A DNA stretch of 64,000 nucleotides from Eledone cirrhosa (lineage: Eukaryota). Position numbers and translations under genes: made by a program. Below the pieces are notes generated by a model. It searched no databases, was not told where the DNA came from, and saw only the letters and a list, made by a program, of their open reading frames with translations. Shown piece after piece: positions 42,491-56,104 of the stretch (the first letter of the stretch is position 1; each line of letters begins with the position of its first letter). The stretch lies in contig OZ024741.1 of the NCBI GenBank assembly GCA_964016885.1, forward strand, positions 291,152,001 through 291,216,000, in the 5' to 3' direction.

Positions 42491-43740
42491 GTTACATCTA
42501 TCTAATTTCACTCTTCTTCTTCGCCCACTTATTTCTGAGAGGGTCGTGGGGCCAGTGTTCTCAAACACTGTTTCCAGTGGGTCCTGTCAGAAGCAACCGT
42601 CTCCAATTGATCCAGCTGCATCGCCAAGTAAGACCATCCAAGCCAAGCGCATGGATATTATCCAGCCATCTTTCTCGGGGTCTATCCCTGGGTGTCTTGC
42701 TACAAGCAATCGATACCCCCTCCTCCCACCAAAAAAAAAAGCAAAAACGGAATGTGCATTGCTACAGTCCTTCATCAATCCACTCAATCAACATTGAACT
42801 GCGTTAAACAACAAAAATGAATCCCCAAGCATTCGTAATTCATATGGAAAGTTGAGTACATCTACCTTAACATTTCAGTAAAATTTTCCTGTCGTTTCAC
42901 TTCTGGTTAGGATTTATAACAGTTCCTGCAGATCTGCCAACCTCTAAAAACCCAAACGGGGAGTACCTTGAAAAAAGTGCCCCAAACGAGGCGAAAGGAG
43001 GCAAAATGGGAGATTTTATATAATGAAAGCTATACCCAATTTTCACAAGAGAAGACATATCTCAGCGGTAGGAGTGGGTAGGAGATCTTCCCGCCGGACG
43101 GGGTGAGTTGACGAGCCTGGTGTCTGAGTTAGTGACACAAAGGCGTCTCTGGACCAAATCGGTTACCATGATATCTAAACCGTTTATCAGCATATTACGT
43201 CTGACTATCAAACAGCGGAAGCTTTTGGACCCCACCGGGAGCCTATTTTTGATCGTTCAAAAATTTAGAGCCAACAAAAACAATCTCATGTTACCCGTCT
43301 TCACCCTTTCCACCAACCATCAAATCAACTAGCTGTTAATTTAACCAGTCTGTCAGACTACCAGATATCTCAGTCAATCATGCATTCGAAGCGTCTGCAC
43401 TCCACCGAGAACCTATATCTGGGCGGTCAAATAAATGTAGACAAGCTTCCCTTGCATTACGTCTTAATAACCAAATTAGATATTGCTGTCTTAGATGTAT
43501 GAAAACAAAGAAAGGATAGTCCTGTTTAGAATGCTTTTGATCATCGATTTCTTTAAATAGAAACGATCTTCAGTTAAATAGCAACGACGTCATTTTATGC
43601 ATCTTCAACGTCTTCTACCAACCAAGCATAGAACCAAAAAAAACCTACCAAATCACAACATCGGGAGATACTCCAACTCTCAATTTGCTATAACTAGCAG
43701 TCAAATCTACATGAAATCACATTCAATCAGCTTAATAATA

Positions 43741-43915
43741 GTTTCTACATTTGGCACAAGGCCAGCAATTACCCAGTACATTACTGGTACTTTATTTTAT
43801 CGACCCCGTAAGGATGAAAGGAAAAGTTAACCTCGACGGGATTTGAACTCAGATCGTAAAGGGACGTAACTATGCTGGAAAGCATGGCGTCCGACCCTCT
43901 ACCGATACTGCCAAT
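43741..43915 (-). mobile_element. Family-A SINE
   Basis: Reverse-strand consensus match. Confidence 0.88.
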
Positions 43916-44841
43916 TGTGACTAAACTTCTATTTTTAGACTAAAACGACAAAACTTCTATTTAAGAAACTAACGTGTAAGTGGCCAGAGATATGTTTAAC
44001 TGTTCAGATAATTCTCCGGCCGAATCAGTGTAACAGTATGTGACAAGGCTGAGGCTTTGAATTCAGAAAGACATACCAAAAGGAAGGGGAATATAGTGAA
44101 GGGAGAGGGAGACACTTAGGGAGAGAGAAGGGGTGTGTTACAATATGTCAATACCAAGCCATTGAATTCTGAAAGACATAACGAGAGAGAGGGAGAGCGG
44201 GGGATGAGTGAGAAATTAGGGCGAGATTGGGAGTGAGAGAGAGGGGAAAAGAATCGAACCCTCTACTAGACTGGTATGTTAATTAATGATGCTGAAAAGA
44301 TGAAAAAAATAAAGGTGACCTCGAGGATTTGAGTTCAGAATGCAGAACTGGTAAACATACGGCAACGCATATTCTCCCACGCACTAATGACTCTACGAAT
44401 TCAATGACTTATTTGAGAATGTAATACATGGTACATTATTTCTAAAAATAAAATTGGATGGTCACGGATGGAATGACATTGATTTATAGACGTGCTATAT
44501 AGGCTGATTAGCTGCTAAGCAACTACAACTGAGAATGTGTGAATGTGTATATATGTCCTATGTCACTCTGTGTGTGTGTGTGTACATACGTGCTTATATT
44601 GGGGGGTGGTAATGTATATTTGCGACTATATATCTGAATGTAAGTGTGTATGTGTGTACATGTGAGTGAGAACACGAGTGTGGAACTGTGTGCTTTTTTA
44701 GCAGGACGATGAACACTGATTATTTGTTACTGTTTGTGCGTTTGATTTAAACATTCCATTTATCTATTGAGATATCTAGATATCTATCTGTCTGTCTTGT
44801 CTGCCTATTTCTCTCTCTCTCTCACTCTCTCTCTCTCTCTC

Positions 44842-44879
<38 letters not shown>

Positions 44880-45185
44880 GAAAGAGAGAGACTTTGAGTA
44901 TATGTTGGTTGTATAACAACACCTCAGTATGCAGGCTGGAGCACTCGACGAAGTGCGCAGGTTGGTTTAGTTACTCTGGAGTAATGTAAAATAAAGTAAA
45001 ATAAAAAGTCAAATATTTAAAATTTAGCTTCGTTTATTACTGCTATATATATTTCGGTGACAGCCATCATATGATTCCAGTTCCTCAGTGTAATAACAAC
45101 TCAGCCAGGAACTGGGCATATCAGAGTATTGAAAAAATTATACACCTCAACAACATATGTACTTGTCTATACCACACCAATTCGG

Positions 45186-45240
45186 ACTGCCTGAAGAAGT
45201 CACAGCCAAAGATGACTGTCACCGAAATATATATAGCAGT
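45186..45240 (+). ncRNA. Type-I hammerhead ribozyme
   Basis: ACTGC-CTGAAGA-AGTCACAGCC..GACTGTCACC-GAAA-TATAT-ATA^GCAGT; palindromic stem III. Confidence 0.7.
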
Positions 45241-45352
45241 AATAAACGAAGCTAAATTTTAAACATTTGACTTTTTATTTTACTTTATTTTATATATATA
45301 TATATATATTTATTTATTTATTGGTTATGTAATAAACAACATAAGATAATTA

Positions 45353-45412
45353 TTTCATTTACCAGTGGTTTCTTGAAAGCAAACAAATTTGATTTCAGTC
45401 ATCAGAATGAAA
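45353..45412 (-). ncRNA. Type-I hammerhead ribozyme
   Basis: Reverse strand: TTTCATT-CTGATGA-CTGAAA..TTTCAA-GAAAC-CACTG-GTA^AATGAAA; 7-bp stem I. Confidence 0.75.
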
Positions 45413-45571
45413 AAATCCTGGTGTATTTATTGACAGTGGATTTGAAAAACAAAAATATTATATATATGAAAGTGAGGCTGGAGGAAGAAGAAGGAAAGGA
45501 GAAAAATAAGCTCTGTAACCTGCATAGAGCACTCTTTTGTCCTGGACCTTTCCGACGGAATTACTTCATTT

Positions 45572-45625
<54 letters not shown>

Positions 45626-45865
45626 CGAAGGAAATGTGGTACGGAACCAGATGGACCATAACGCACCAAAGTACTCAATACTTAGGGTAGTAGAGTGGGT
45701 AATAGGAACGAGTTGGACCCCGACGGCTGAGCTCAAGCCGTTTCGACGGCTAATTCTGGACTAAAAAATAAAAAAAATAAAAAAAATGTTTTTTTTCTTT
45801 TCTTTTTAGTCCACAATTAGCCGTCGAAATGGCTTGAGCTCAGCCGTCGGGGTCCTACTTATTCC

Positions 45866-45896
<31 letters not shown>

Positions 45897-46571
45897 TATC
45901 AGCAGGAAATGAACACAGCTACATAACACGAACAGACAAATGCAACGATACCCCGTCAGCCATCTTCTTGCCTATGCAGTTTCATGCATTAAGGAGCAAC
46001 AGCATTTGTAATGTCAGTTTGCCCAACTGGGGTGCTGTTGATGTGATGCATGAGAAACAATAATAAAACAATGTATTGACTGGAAGATATATACGTGAAA
46101 TATTACAATTAGAATTATATGGACAATACACTGTGAATACATCATAGACACATACATACATACAGGTATGCGTGTTAGTATTTGTATCTCTATGTATATT
46201 GATAAATACCAATGTATAGACTGAGGCAAGCTTCAGTGAATAGATGAGAAATTTGCTCCATAATCATGACGTTTGGGGTTTTATCTGAATGAAATTATGT
46301 AGACGGTGTGCGGAAGAGCGTCGGATGGACTGTACATGTAATTCATAGGTCCCAGATTTGTCTCACATTGCGTCACGCTGATTTTACCTGGGGATTAGGT
46401 TAAAGGTAAAAGTGGCTTTGGAATATCCATCTACATAGGCTGTAATATAGGATACCATTGTAATTCAAAACGGTAGCCCTGTTGCATATTGTGTCACGCA
46501 TGATTCGAAATAAAGATTATGTTACAGGTGTCTATCTTTCTATCTATCTTTCTATCTATCCACTATCTATG

Positions 46572-46620
<49 letters not shown>

Positions 46621-46831
46621 CTGGGATGGACACACGCGTATAACTTGCTGAGTAAGTTCTGTTTAAATTTCTATAGAAATTCTTGTCTGATAACTTTAAA
46701 TTTTGTACCATTTTGTAGAGGGACTGCCAGGTCAAACTTTGATCTGGTCAGTCTCTCAAAATATTCTACGCCTTTAGGCGAAATAGTTAAAAAAAAAGTT
46801 TTTTCTTGTTGAAAAGTCAATATTTTTTTAA

Positions 46832-48613
46832 ATGGCCGAAGCTTCTTCACCAAAATTCGAAGGAGGAAAGGGGAAGATGAACTTACAGCTTCCCCCTGCC
46901 ACTGTCACAGTAGCAGAGGTCAAGAAGATAGGTCAGCCAGAGGAAGAATTCTCTCCACCTGTTAACCGACAACTTGACGTTACCATGGCAACAACCCAAA
47001 GAACCAACAGCAACAACAACAACAATGCGACGGTAGAAAACAACACCAATAACAATAACAATAACAACAACAAGACCAATAACGGTGACAACAACAACAA
47101 TGATAACAACAACACCACCAACGACAACAACAACACAAACAAACAAAATTTCTCCTTCGCCGAGACGACAAGGAAAACCCTCGACTATCTGCCAGTAGAT
47201 ATAACAAAAGCGAAGGAGCTACTGGCGGATGCGAAAAAATATATAGTGTACGGGGAAAATGGTTCATTCACAATCCATTCCCCCCCGGAACTAAAAAGCC
47301 AGAGACTCCTAAACACGGTCATGTTTAGGACAATCTCGAACAAAAGTAAAAAACCAGCTCAACCATCACAGAGCGAGATAGAGCTGGTTTTAAAAGACGT
47401 CATGAAGGACATCACCTTCATTCAGAAGGATAGACTCTACGGGAGTCTATCCATTCTCATGAAGGACAGGGACACAGCAGTGAAACTGTCCATCAAACCA
47501 ATCACATCCACCGCATACACCTTCTACCCTACGTACATGGGTAGAAGAACACAAAAAATAAAAATCCACACCATCCTGCCGATTATGGACATATGGTGGG
47601 TTTTGACAGGTTTTCTGGACCTGGAGGATGACATGCTGGTGTCCATGGGAAAGGCATCGGGTGACGCGTTCAGTGGAACGAGCCTCGAACTTGTAGTTCA
47701 AATGAGGCCCGAAAGGATCGCCCAGATCCCTGAACGCGTCATACTGGATGATCTAACCTTCATCAACATTACCGTTGAGGGTAGACGGCCCTCGTGTTAC
47801 CTCTGCGGAACCAGAGGTCACCTGAGGGCTGTCTGTCCCCAACTTAATAAGAAAACCCCAATCCTGCCTACACCACCAACAACTGCACAACCAACACAAT
47901 CACCACAACAACCACTACAAAAACAACCACCACAGCTCAAACCAAAACAAAACAATGTCCAACCCATCCCCTCCACTCAAAAAACAAAAACAATTTCCAA
48001 AACACCCGTACCGCAAACACAACCCGAAAATATACCCCTCCCCTCCAACGCGGAAGATGACCCTAGTTCGTCGTCAGACGAGGAGGAGCACTTCCACACA
48101 ATCAAAAGAAAAAAAAGAAAACACACCTCAGACACACAAATGAAAAAAACCCCTCCCCAAAACATAACACTGACACCAACACAAAAGAGCTCACAACAGC
48201 AAACAAAAAACACCACACAAAAACAAAAACATGCATACACATACATAAATACAAGAAACAAAAAACTGTTAAACATTGTGTACAACAACAATCTAATAAA
48301 AACACAAGGGCCTAACTTCACCCAGGCAGGGGATTTCCCCCACCTCAAAATGATTAAGGCCCCACAGGACACCTATAAAACTTTAAAAAACAATTTTAAA
48401 GAGGACGTGGGTCCCCCCTGCGTCGGGCCCATTAACCGAGTCCTCCTAAAAAACTATCCCACCCCCTCCCCAAACACCCTCACAACTCCAAGCTCCCCAA
48501 CCACACAACACACTGATGCCCCCACACTTCCACAAACCACCACCCCACCCAACAACCCATCCCCCACCCTAATGGAAATTGTGCAGCCCGATACCCGGGA
48601 CGCAGAGAGGTAA
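46832..48613 (+). CDS. Tx1/L1 ORF1 gag-like nucleic-acid-binding protein (593 aa)
   Basis: Uninterrupted ORF directly upstream of ORF2; CCHC zinc knuckle CYLCGTRGHLRAVC (CX2CX4HX4C); Asn-rich, Pro/Gln/Thr-rich and basic KRKKRK segments. Confidence 0.88.
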   Translation: MAEASSPKFEGGKGKMNLQLPPATVTVAEVKKIGQPEEEFSPPVNRQLDVTMATTQRTNSNNNNNATVENNTNNNNNNNNKTNNGDNNNNDNNNTTNDNNNTNKQNFSFAETTRKTLDYLPVDITKAKELLADAKKYIVYGENGSFTIHSPPELKSQRLLNTVMFRTISNKSKKPAQPSQSEIELVLKDVMKDITFIQKDRLYGSLSILMKDRDTAVKLSIKPITSTAYTFYPTYMGRRTQKIKIHTILPIMDIWWVLTGFLDLEDDMLVSMGKASGDAFSGTSLELVVQMRPERIAQIPERVILDDLTFINITVEGRRPSCYLCGTRGHLRAVCPQLNKKTPILPTPPTTAQPTQSPQQPLQKQPPQLKPKQNNVQPIPSTQKTKTISKTPVPQTQPENIPLPSNAEDDPSSSSDEEEHFHTIKRKKRKHTSDTQMKKTPPQNITLTPTQKSSQQQTKNTTQKQKHAYTYINTRNKKLLNIVYNNNLIKTQGPNFTQAGDFPHLKMIKAPQDTYKTLKNNFKEDVGPPCVGPINRVLLKNYPTPSPNTLTTPSSPTTQHTDAPTLPQTTTPPNNPSPTLMEIVQPDTRDAER

Positions 48614-48637
48614 GTGCCTTTTCTCTTCACCACCAAC

Positions 48638-51600
48638 ATGGCTATGCTAAGAGTAGGCTGTTTAAATGCGCGTGGCCTGGGCTCAACTTGGAAGCAAGCA
48701 ATGCTTCTAAATGACCTCAGGTCACAACGTATAGATGTGATGGTTATTTGCGAGGCCCGGATCAGCAACGTGCGACAGCTGGCCCCCACCTTTGATGACT
48801 TTGAGATGCACGCATCTCTCTGTCAGCCTGGAGGTGGGGGTGGAGTTGTCGTTCTGCTGCAAAAACATCTGGGTCTCGCAACACAGATGGTACATTTGGA
48901 CCCGGAGGGTCGACTAGTGGTTCTGGACCTTGGCAGTGGTAAAGGCGGAGCGTTTAGGTTGGTAGCCGCCTACGGCCCTTTCGGGTCAATGCGGCCGGAC
49001 TTCTTCCATCGTCTGGAGACTTTTCTAGGGACGTCCCGCTCCTTGCTATTAGTGGGGGACTGGAATGGTATCCTAGATGCACGCTGGGACTACGTAGGGG
49101 CCTGCCCCGATAGAGAGGGGTGTAATAGCCTCAAAGGGTTAATCGGTCGATTTGACCTGGCCGATAGATATCGACTAGATTTTCCGACTGCGCCAACCTG
49201 GACTTGGGCAAATCGTAGCGGATCATCTAGGTCGTACCTAGATAGGTTCTTAGTTAGAATTAAGGATAAGGACTTTTTAAGTTGTCCAAAAATGCGCATT
49301 GTTGGCTATTCAGACCACAAATTAGTGACCTGCATGGTCAACCTTGACAGAACTCATAGACAGGGCCCCGGTTACTGGAAGCTCAACTTGTCCTTGCCGG
49401 CAAGTAGAGCCTACAGGAATCGGATTAGTACGTTAGTTAAGGAACGGTTGACTGGAGCGATCGTCAACAGCAGGTGGTGGGTATCTCTAAAGAGAGAGAT
49501 TAGAGTAGTCTCGATAGAATTTAGTAAGGGTCTAGCTGCGGATAGGAATAGGAAGGAAAGGGAGCTAATAGATAGAGTAGAAGAGGCAATTAGAAGCGGC
49601 GACGTGGCCAGAGTGCTAGCGTCGAGAACGGCTTTGAGCCAGTTTTTCGACGCGAAGCACGAAGGCTGCGTTGTCCGAAGTAAAATACGTGCTCTAGGGA
49701 ACGAGGGGACCAAAGCTGTTAGCTGGGCCCGCGTGACAGAGGCCAACAGTGGAACTAAATCCACCATCCGGTCTTTGCGAGACCTGGATGGACGGGCGAT
49801 TCTTGAGCCTAAGCAGATGTGTGAGGCCTTTCAAAGGCACTTTGCCCGACTGTTCGGGAGGGGCGGGGAGCCGGTTGGGAACGTGGACTTCGGTCCATAC
49901 CTCGACGGCCTGCCGCGCCTCTCGGACAGGGAGGCGAAGTCCTGCGAGGAGCCGATTTCGGCCGCTGAGATAGAGGACGTGCTGAGCCAATGCGGCAAAC
50001 GCAAATCCCCGGGTCTCGATGGTCTTCCTTACGAATTATATCTAGCTATGCCGGACTTGTTCCCCGATCTCCTCGAGGCGGTCTACTGCAACTGGCAACA
50101 GAACGGGAGAATTCCCTGTACTGTGACCAAGGGCGTAGTCACGCTAGTGAGGAAGGACGAGAACAAGGGGGACGAAATAAGTAACTTCAGGCCCATAACA
50201 CTGCTAAATACAGAGTTACAGATTTTGGCCAAGGTGCTAGCAAAGAGGTTGGCGCTTGTCGTGGGCAACCTGGTGGGAGATGCGCAGACATGCGCTATCC
50301 CGTCCAGGTCCATCCATGACAACCTCCACCTCATGCGATACATCATAGAGAGGGTTGGGAACGAACCCGGCTTTGGTGGGGCTCTGATCAACTTGGATCA
50401 ATCTAAGGCGTTCGATAGGGTCGACCATGGTTACCTGGATGCGGTGCTAGCGGCGGCAGGCTTCGGACCCGTTTTCAGGGGCTGGATCACTGCTATGCAC
50501 AGCAGCCGCATCTGCTCTAGGGTCAAGGTGAACGGCTACCTCTCGGAGCCGTTCAAAATCGCGCGGTCCATCCGACAAGGGTGCCCTCTCTCCTCCCTTC
50601 TGTATGTATTGACTCTCGAGCCACTACTGCGGAAGTTGGAGTTGTTGCAGGGCATCCCTTTGGAACCGGGATTGCGGAAAGCGGTGTCGGCCTACGCCGA
50701 TGACGTGACAGTAATGGTGTCGACGGCCTCCGAAATCGAGGCGGTCGGCACCTTACTGGAGGAGTACGAAAAGTTCACAGGGGCTAAGCTGAACCGGGAC
50801 AAGTCGATCGGTTTGCAACTCGGCACGTGGAGGGGCAGACCGATGCCCTCCGATAGCGTCGTCGGACGCTGGACGGAGGGCCCGGTGAAGTTGCTCGGGG
50901 TCTGGTTCGGACCGGACCTCCAGGTGGAGAAAAACTGGGCGGAGGTTACGAACAGAGTGTTTGCACTGACCCAGAAGTGGGCCAGTTGCAAACTATCCCT
51001 GAAAGGTCGGGCGGAGGTGGCGAACACCTACATAGCGTCCGTCATCTACTACCGCCTGACCGTAGTGCCCTGCCCAAGGGAAACCCTCACCAAGATGGAG
51101 CGCGCGCTCTTCCAATTCCTTTGGAAGAGGCGGGCTCCTATGGTGAGGAGATCCATCTGCTGTCAACACCCTTCGAAAGGAGGGCTGGGGATGCCGTGGC
51201 TAATGATGCGTAAACACGCATTAAGGCTACGGCACCTCTACGTATTCCTCACCGGACAACCGGTGTGGGCCTCGTTTGTGAGACGAACCTTTCCCAGACT
51301 CGTCTCACTCACCGAGCTGCAATCCTGGGTCAAGCAAAGACCGAGAAAACTGGGCGCCTGGCACACTGAGTGTGCCCAGGCGCTCACCGCCCTCTGGCAG
51401 GCGGATCCGGTTATCAGTGGAGACTCCACCGCAACATTCTATAGAGGGCTGGTACGCAGCAGGTGCGACGACGCCCTCGGAGAAGCCCTAGACATGGAGG
51501 AGGACGAACTGGCCAGCCTTTTCGGTAGGACATTCAGCCCGGGACCTATGGACAACTTCCAGAAGTCCCTGGCCTGGCAGTGCTACCGAGGGGCTTTACC

Positions 51601-52075
51601 CGTTCGAGAAAGGCTCTACAGACACGGGCGCCCGGGTAGGGACCCCGCCAAAAAGATCTGTCCCAGATGCGTGTGCGACGAGGAAACCGTTGCACACGCA
51701 TTAGTACACTGCTCGGGCGTAGCCGATCTGTGGGGCTATGTCGAACAACTGCTGTCAAGGGTGGGACCGATCCGGTTGACCACCGAGTCTATTGTAATGA
51801 TCAAGCCGCCTCCCCCCTTCAAAGATGAAGCAGAGGCGGTGTTTCTGTGCGTAATAGCCATGGCGAAAGAGGTTGTATGGTGGACGCGTCTGAAAGGACT
51901 GAGGTCGGGCACCTTTCTCTCTGGCCAACAACTGGTCCGTTTCTTCCGATATCATTTCGGAAGAAGGATCAGGATGGAGAGAGAGGTGCTGCACCCCAGC
52001 CGTTTCTATGAAAGATGGGTGAAAGTGGCGAGAATGGCCCGTGTGAATGGGCCTTCACTCTACATCAGACTATAG
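48638..52075 (+). CDS. Tx1/L1 ORF2: APE endonuclease + reverse transcriptase + C-terminal CCHC zinc finger
   Basis: APE motifs LNARGL, GDWN, SYLDRF, SDH; RT motifs KSPGLDGLP, FRPITLLN, DQSKAFDRVDH, SIRQGCPLS, YADD; C-terminal CPRC-X8-H-X4-C. Frame is open from 48614; first ATG at 48638; no stops or frameshifts. Confidence 0.95.
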   Translation: MAMLRVGCLNARGLGSTWKQAMLLNDLRSQRIDVMVICEARISNVRQLAPTFDDFEMHASLCQPGGGGGVVVLLQKHLGLATQMVHLDPEGRLVVLDLGSGKGGAFRLVAAYGPFGSMRPDFFHRLETFLGTSRSLLLVGDWNGILDARWDYVGACPDREGCNSLKGLIGRFDLADRYRLDFPTAPTWTWANRSGSSRSYLDRFLVRIKDKDFLSCPKMRIVGYSDHKLVTCMVNLDRTHRQGPGYWKLNLSLPASRAYRNRISTLVKERLTGAIVNSRWWVSLKREIRVVSIEFSKGLAADRNRKERELIDRVEEAIRSGDVARVLASRTALSQFFDAKHEGCVVRSKIRALGNEGTKAVSWARVTEANSGTKSTIRSLRDLDGRAILEPKQMCEAFQRHFARLFGRGGEPVGNVDFGPYLDGLPRLSDREAKSCEEPISAAEIEDVLSQCGKRKSPGLDGLPYELYLAMPDLFPDLLEAVYCNWQQNGRIPCTVTKGVVTLVRKDENKGDEISNFRPITLLNTELQILAKVLAKRLALVVGNLVGDAQTCAIPSRSIHDNLHLMRYIIERVGNEPGFGGALINLDQSKAFDRVDHGYLDAVLAAAGFGPVFRGWITAMHSSRICSRVKVNGYLSEPFKIARSIRQGCPLSSLLYVLTLEPLLRKLELLQGIPLEPGLRKAVSAYADDVTVMVSTASEIEAVGTLLEEYEKFTGAKLNRDKSIGLQLGTWRGRPMPSDSVVGRWTEGPVKLLGVWFGPDLQVEKNWAEVTNRVFALTQKWASCKLSLKGRAEVANTYIASVIYYRLTVVPCPRETLTKMERALFQFLWKRRAPMVRRSICCQHPSKGGLGMPWLMMRKHALRLRHLYVFLTGQPVWASFVRRTFPRLVSLTELQSWVKQRPRKLGAWHTECAQALTALWQADPVISGDSTATFYRGLVRSRCDDALGEALDMEEDELASLFGRTFSPGPMDNFQKSLAWQCYRGALPVRERLYRHGRPGRDPAKKICPRCVCDEETVAHALVHCSGVADLWGYVEQLLSRVGPIRLTTESIVMIKPPPPFKDEAEAVFLCVIAMAKEVVWWTRLKGLRSGTFLSGQQLVRFFRYHFGRRIRMEREVLHPSRFYERWVKVARMARVNGPSLYIRL

Positions 52076-52535
52076 GTGAGGAAGATGAAAGACCAAGGGA
52101 GCACCCCTTCTCTGTGCTCCTGAGGAGAAGGGTTGCACACTTTTTTCGGGGGTGTGTGCGACCCCCCAAGGCGCCTCCTCTCTATTGAGGATTTTGTTAA
52201 AAATTTTATTTTTTGTTATATCTTATTTTATTTTTATATTTTGTTATTGCCTCCTCCTTATTGAGGACGCCTTTTTGTGTAAACTCCCCCCTTTGTACTT
52301 GTCCCACTTTTGATGCCCTAGTGGCAAATAAAAGAAATATATCTATCTATCTATCTATCTATCTATCTAATAACAAGTTGACGTAACTAGCATAGGTATC
52401 ACTGCTAGGACCGGTTGTAGCTCAGCGTACTCGATAGGTAATGTTAAATAAACTCCAGTAGTTATTCGCTTCAATACAACACATGTGAACGGGTACATTC
52501 AATTGTACCCCAATTGGTCCCTACATATATATATA

Positions 52536-52593
<58 letters not shown>

Positions 52594-52699
52594 AAAAGAG
52601 AGAGAGAGAGGGGGATAGATAGTTAATGGTTCTTGATTTAGGCACAAGGTCAACAATTTTTGGAGTATTATGTGTTTCTCATTAACCTAAACTACCACT

Positions 52700-52790
<91 letters not shown>

Positions 52791-52959
52791 ATACAAATAC
52801 AACCATGGAGTGAAAATAGCATGGCTGAGTAGTTAAGAATTTCGTTTCGCATTTGTAAGACTCTCAGATCGTACATAATACCTGACTATAATGCACGTGT
52901 GTGTCTAATTAGGCATTTGGGGCAAATTCCCATACACACGCACACGCACACATAGATAC

Positions 52960-53016
<57 letters not shown>

Positions 53017-53095
53017 TAGATAGATAGATAGATAGATAGATGGATAGATAGATAATTGAGCTTTTCATCTGCTACACAGATACATATATATATAC

Positions 53096-55372
<2,277 letters not shown>

Positions 55373-55375
55373 TAG

Positions 55376-55458
<83 letters not shown>

Positions 55459-56056
55459 CGGAGCTTTTCATCTGCTACTGACATTTTACTGCATGGTTGA
55501 AACTCCGTATAATATTTGCACTGCTTTCTCCAGTATTGAGTACTAAATTGAATAATGACTTTACCGATTTAAAACTATAACATTCCATTTTTGCACACAC
55601 ACACACACTCACGCGCGCGCGCACACACACACACACACACACATACACACACACATATATATATATATGTATATGTACATCAGTAAAGTTTTGGTTTAGT
55701 ATGTATAAGTGTAAGTCAGGCGTATATTTGTAGGTGAGTCTGTGTGTATGAGAGCATGTAGATAAATACATAAATGGGTGTGTTTGCATGTATGAGTACA
55801 TTTCTGTACAATTTCTTTTTCCCTCTCCTTCTGCAGCTCTCCATATATATATATATATACATATATATATCCGTCTCTTTCTATACTCTCTATGTGTATA
55901 CACATGTATGTGGCATTAACTACATTATAATCACATAACAACCCGACACATTCACACGCTGCGTGGAAAATAATGAGAGACCCAGCCATGTACAACTATG
56001 ACATCGCCTTCATAATGCAGGTCACTGTGCAAACACATACACACGAATGCACACAC

Positions 56057-56104
<48 letters not shown>

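Larger units (their letters stand above)
46623..52338 (+). mobile_element. Full-length, apparently intact L1/Tx1-clade non-LTR retrotransposon (copy A) inserted in a (CTAT)n microsatellite
   Basis: ~210-bp 5'UTR, open ORF1 and ORF2, ~260-bp 3'UTR ending GCCCTAGTGGCAAATAAAAGAAAT; (CTAT)n on both flanks (46530-46622 and 52339-52368). Confidence 0.93.

Noticed and set aside
41995-42568. Poly-Met/Asp/Ile ORFs
   Set aside because: Translations of (CAT)n/(GAT)n repeats
42929-43119. Possible MITE with CAG..TGCCAAC / GTTGACGAGCCTG ends
   Set aside because: TIR match is weak and no TSD could be identified
46883-51994. Short antisense and alternate-frame ORFs within the Tx1 element
   Set aside because: Shadow ORFs of a GC-rich or low-complexity coding region; no motifs
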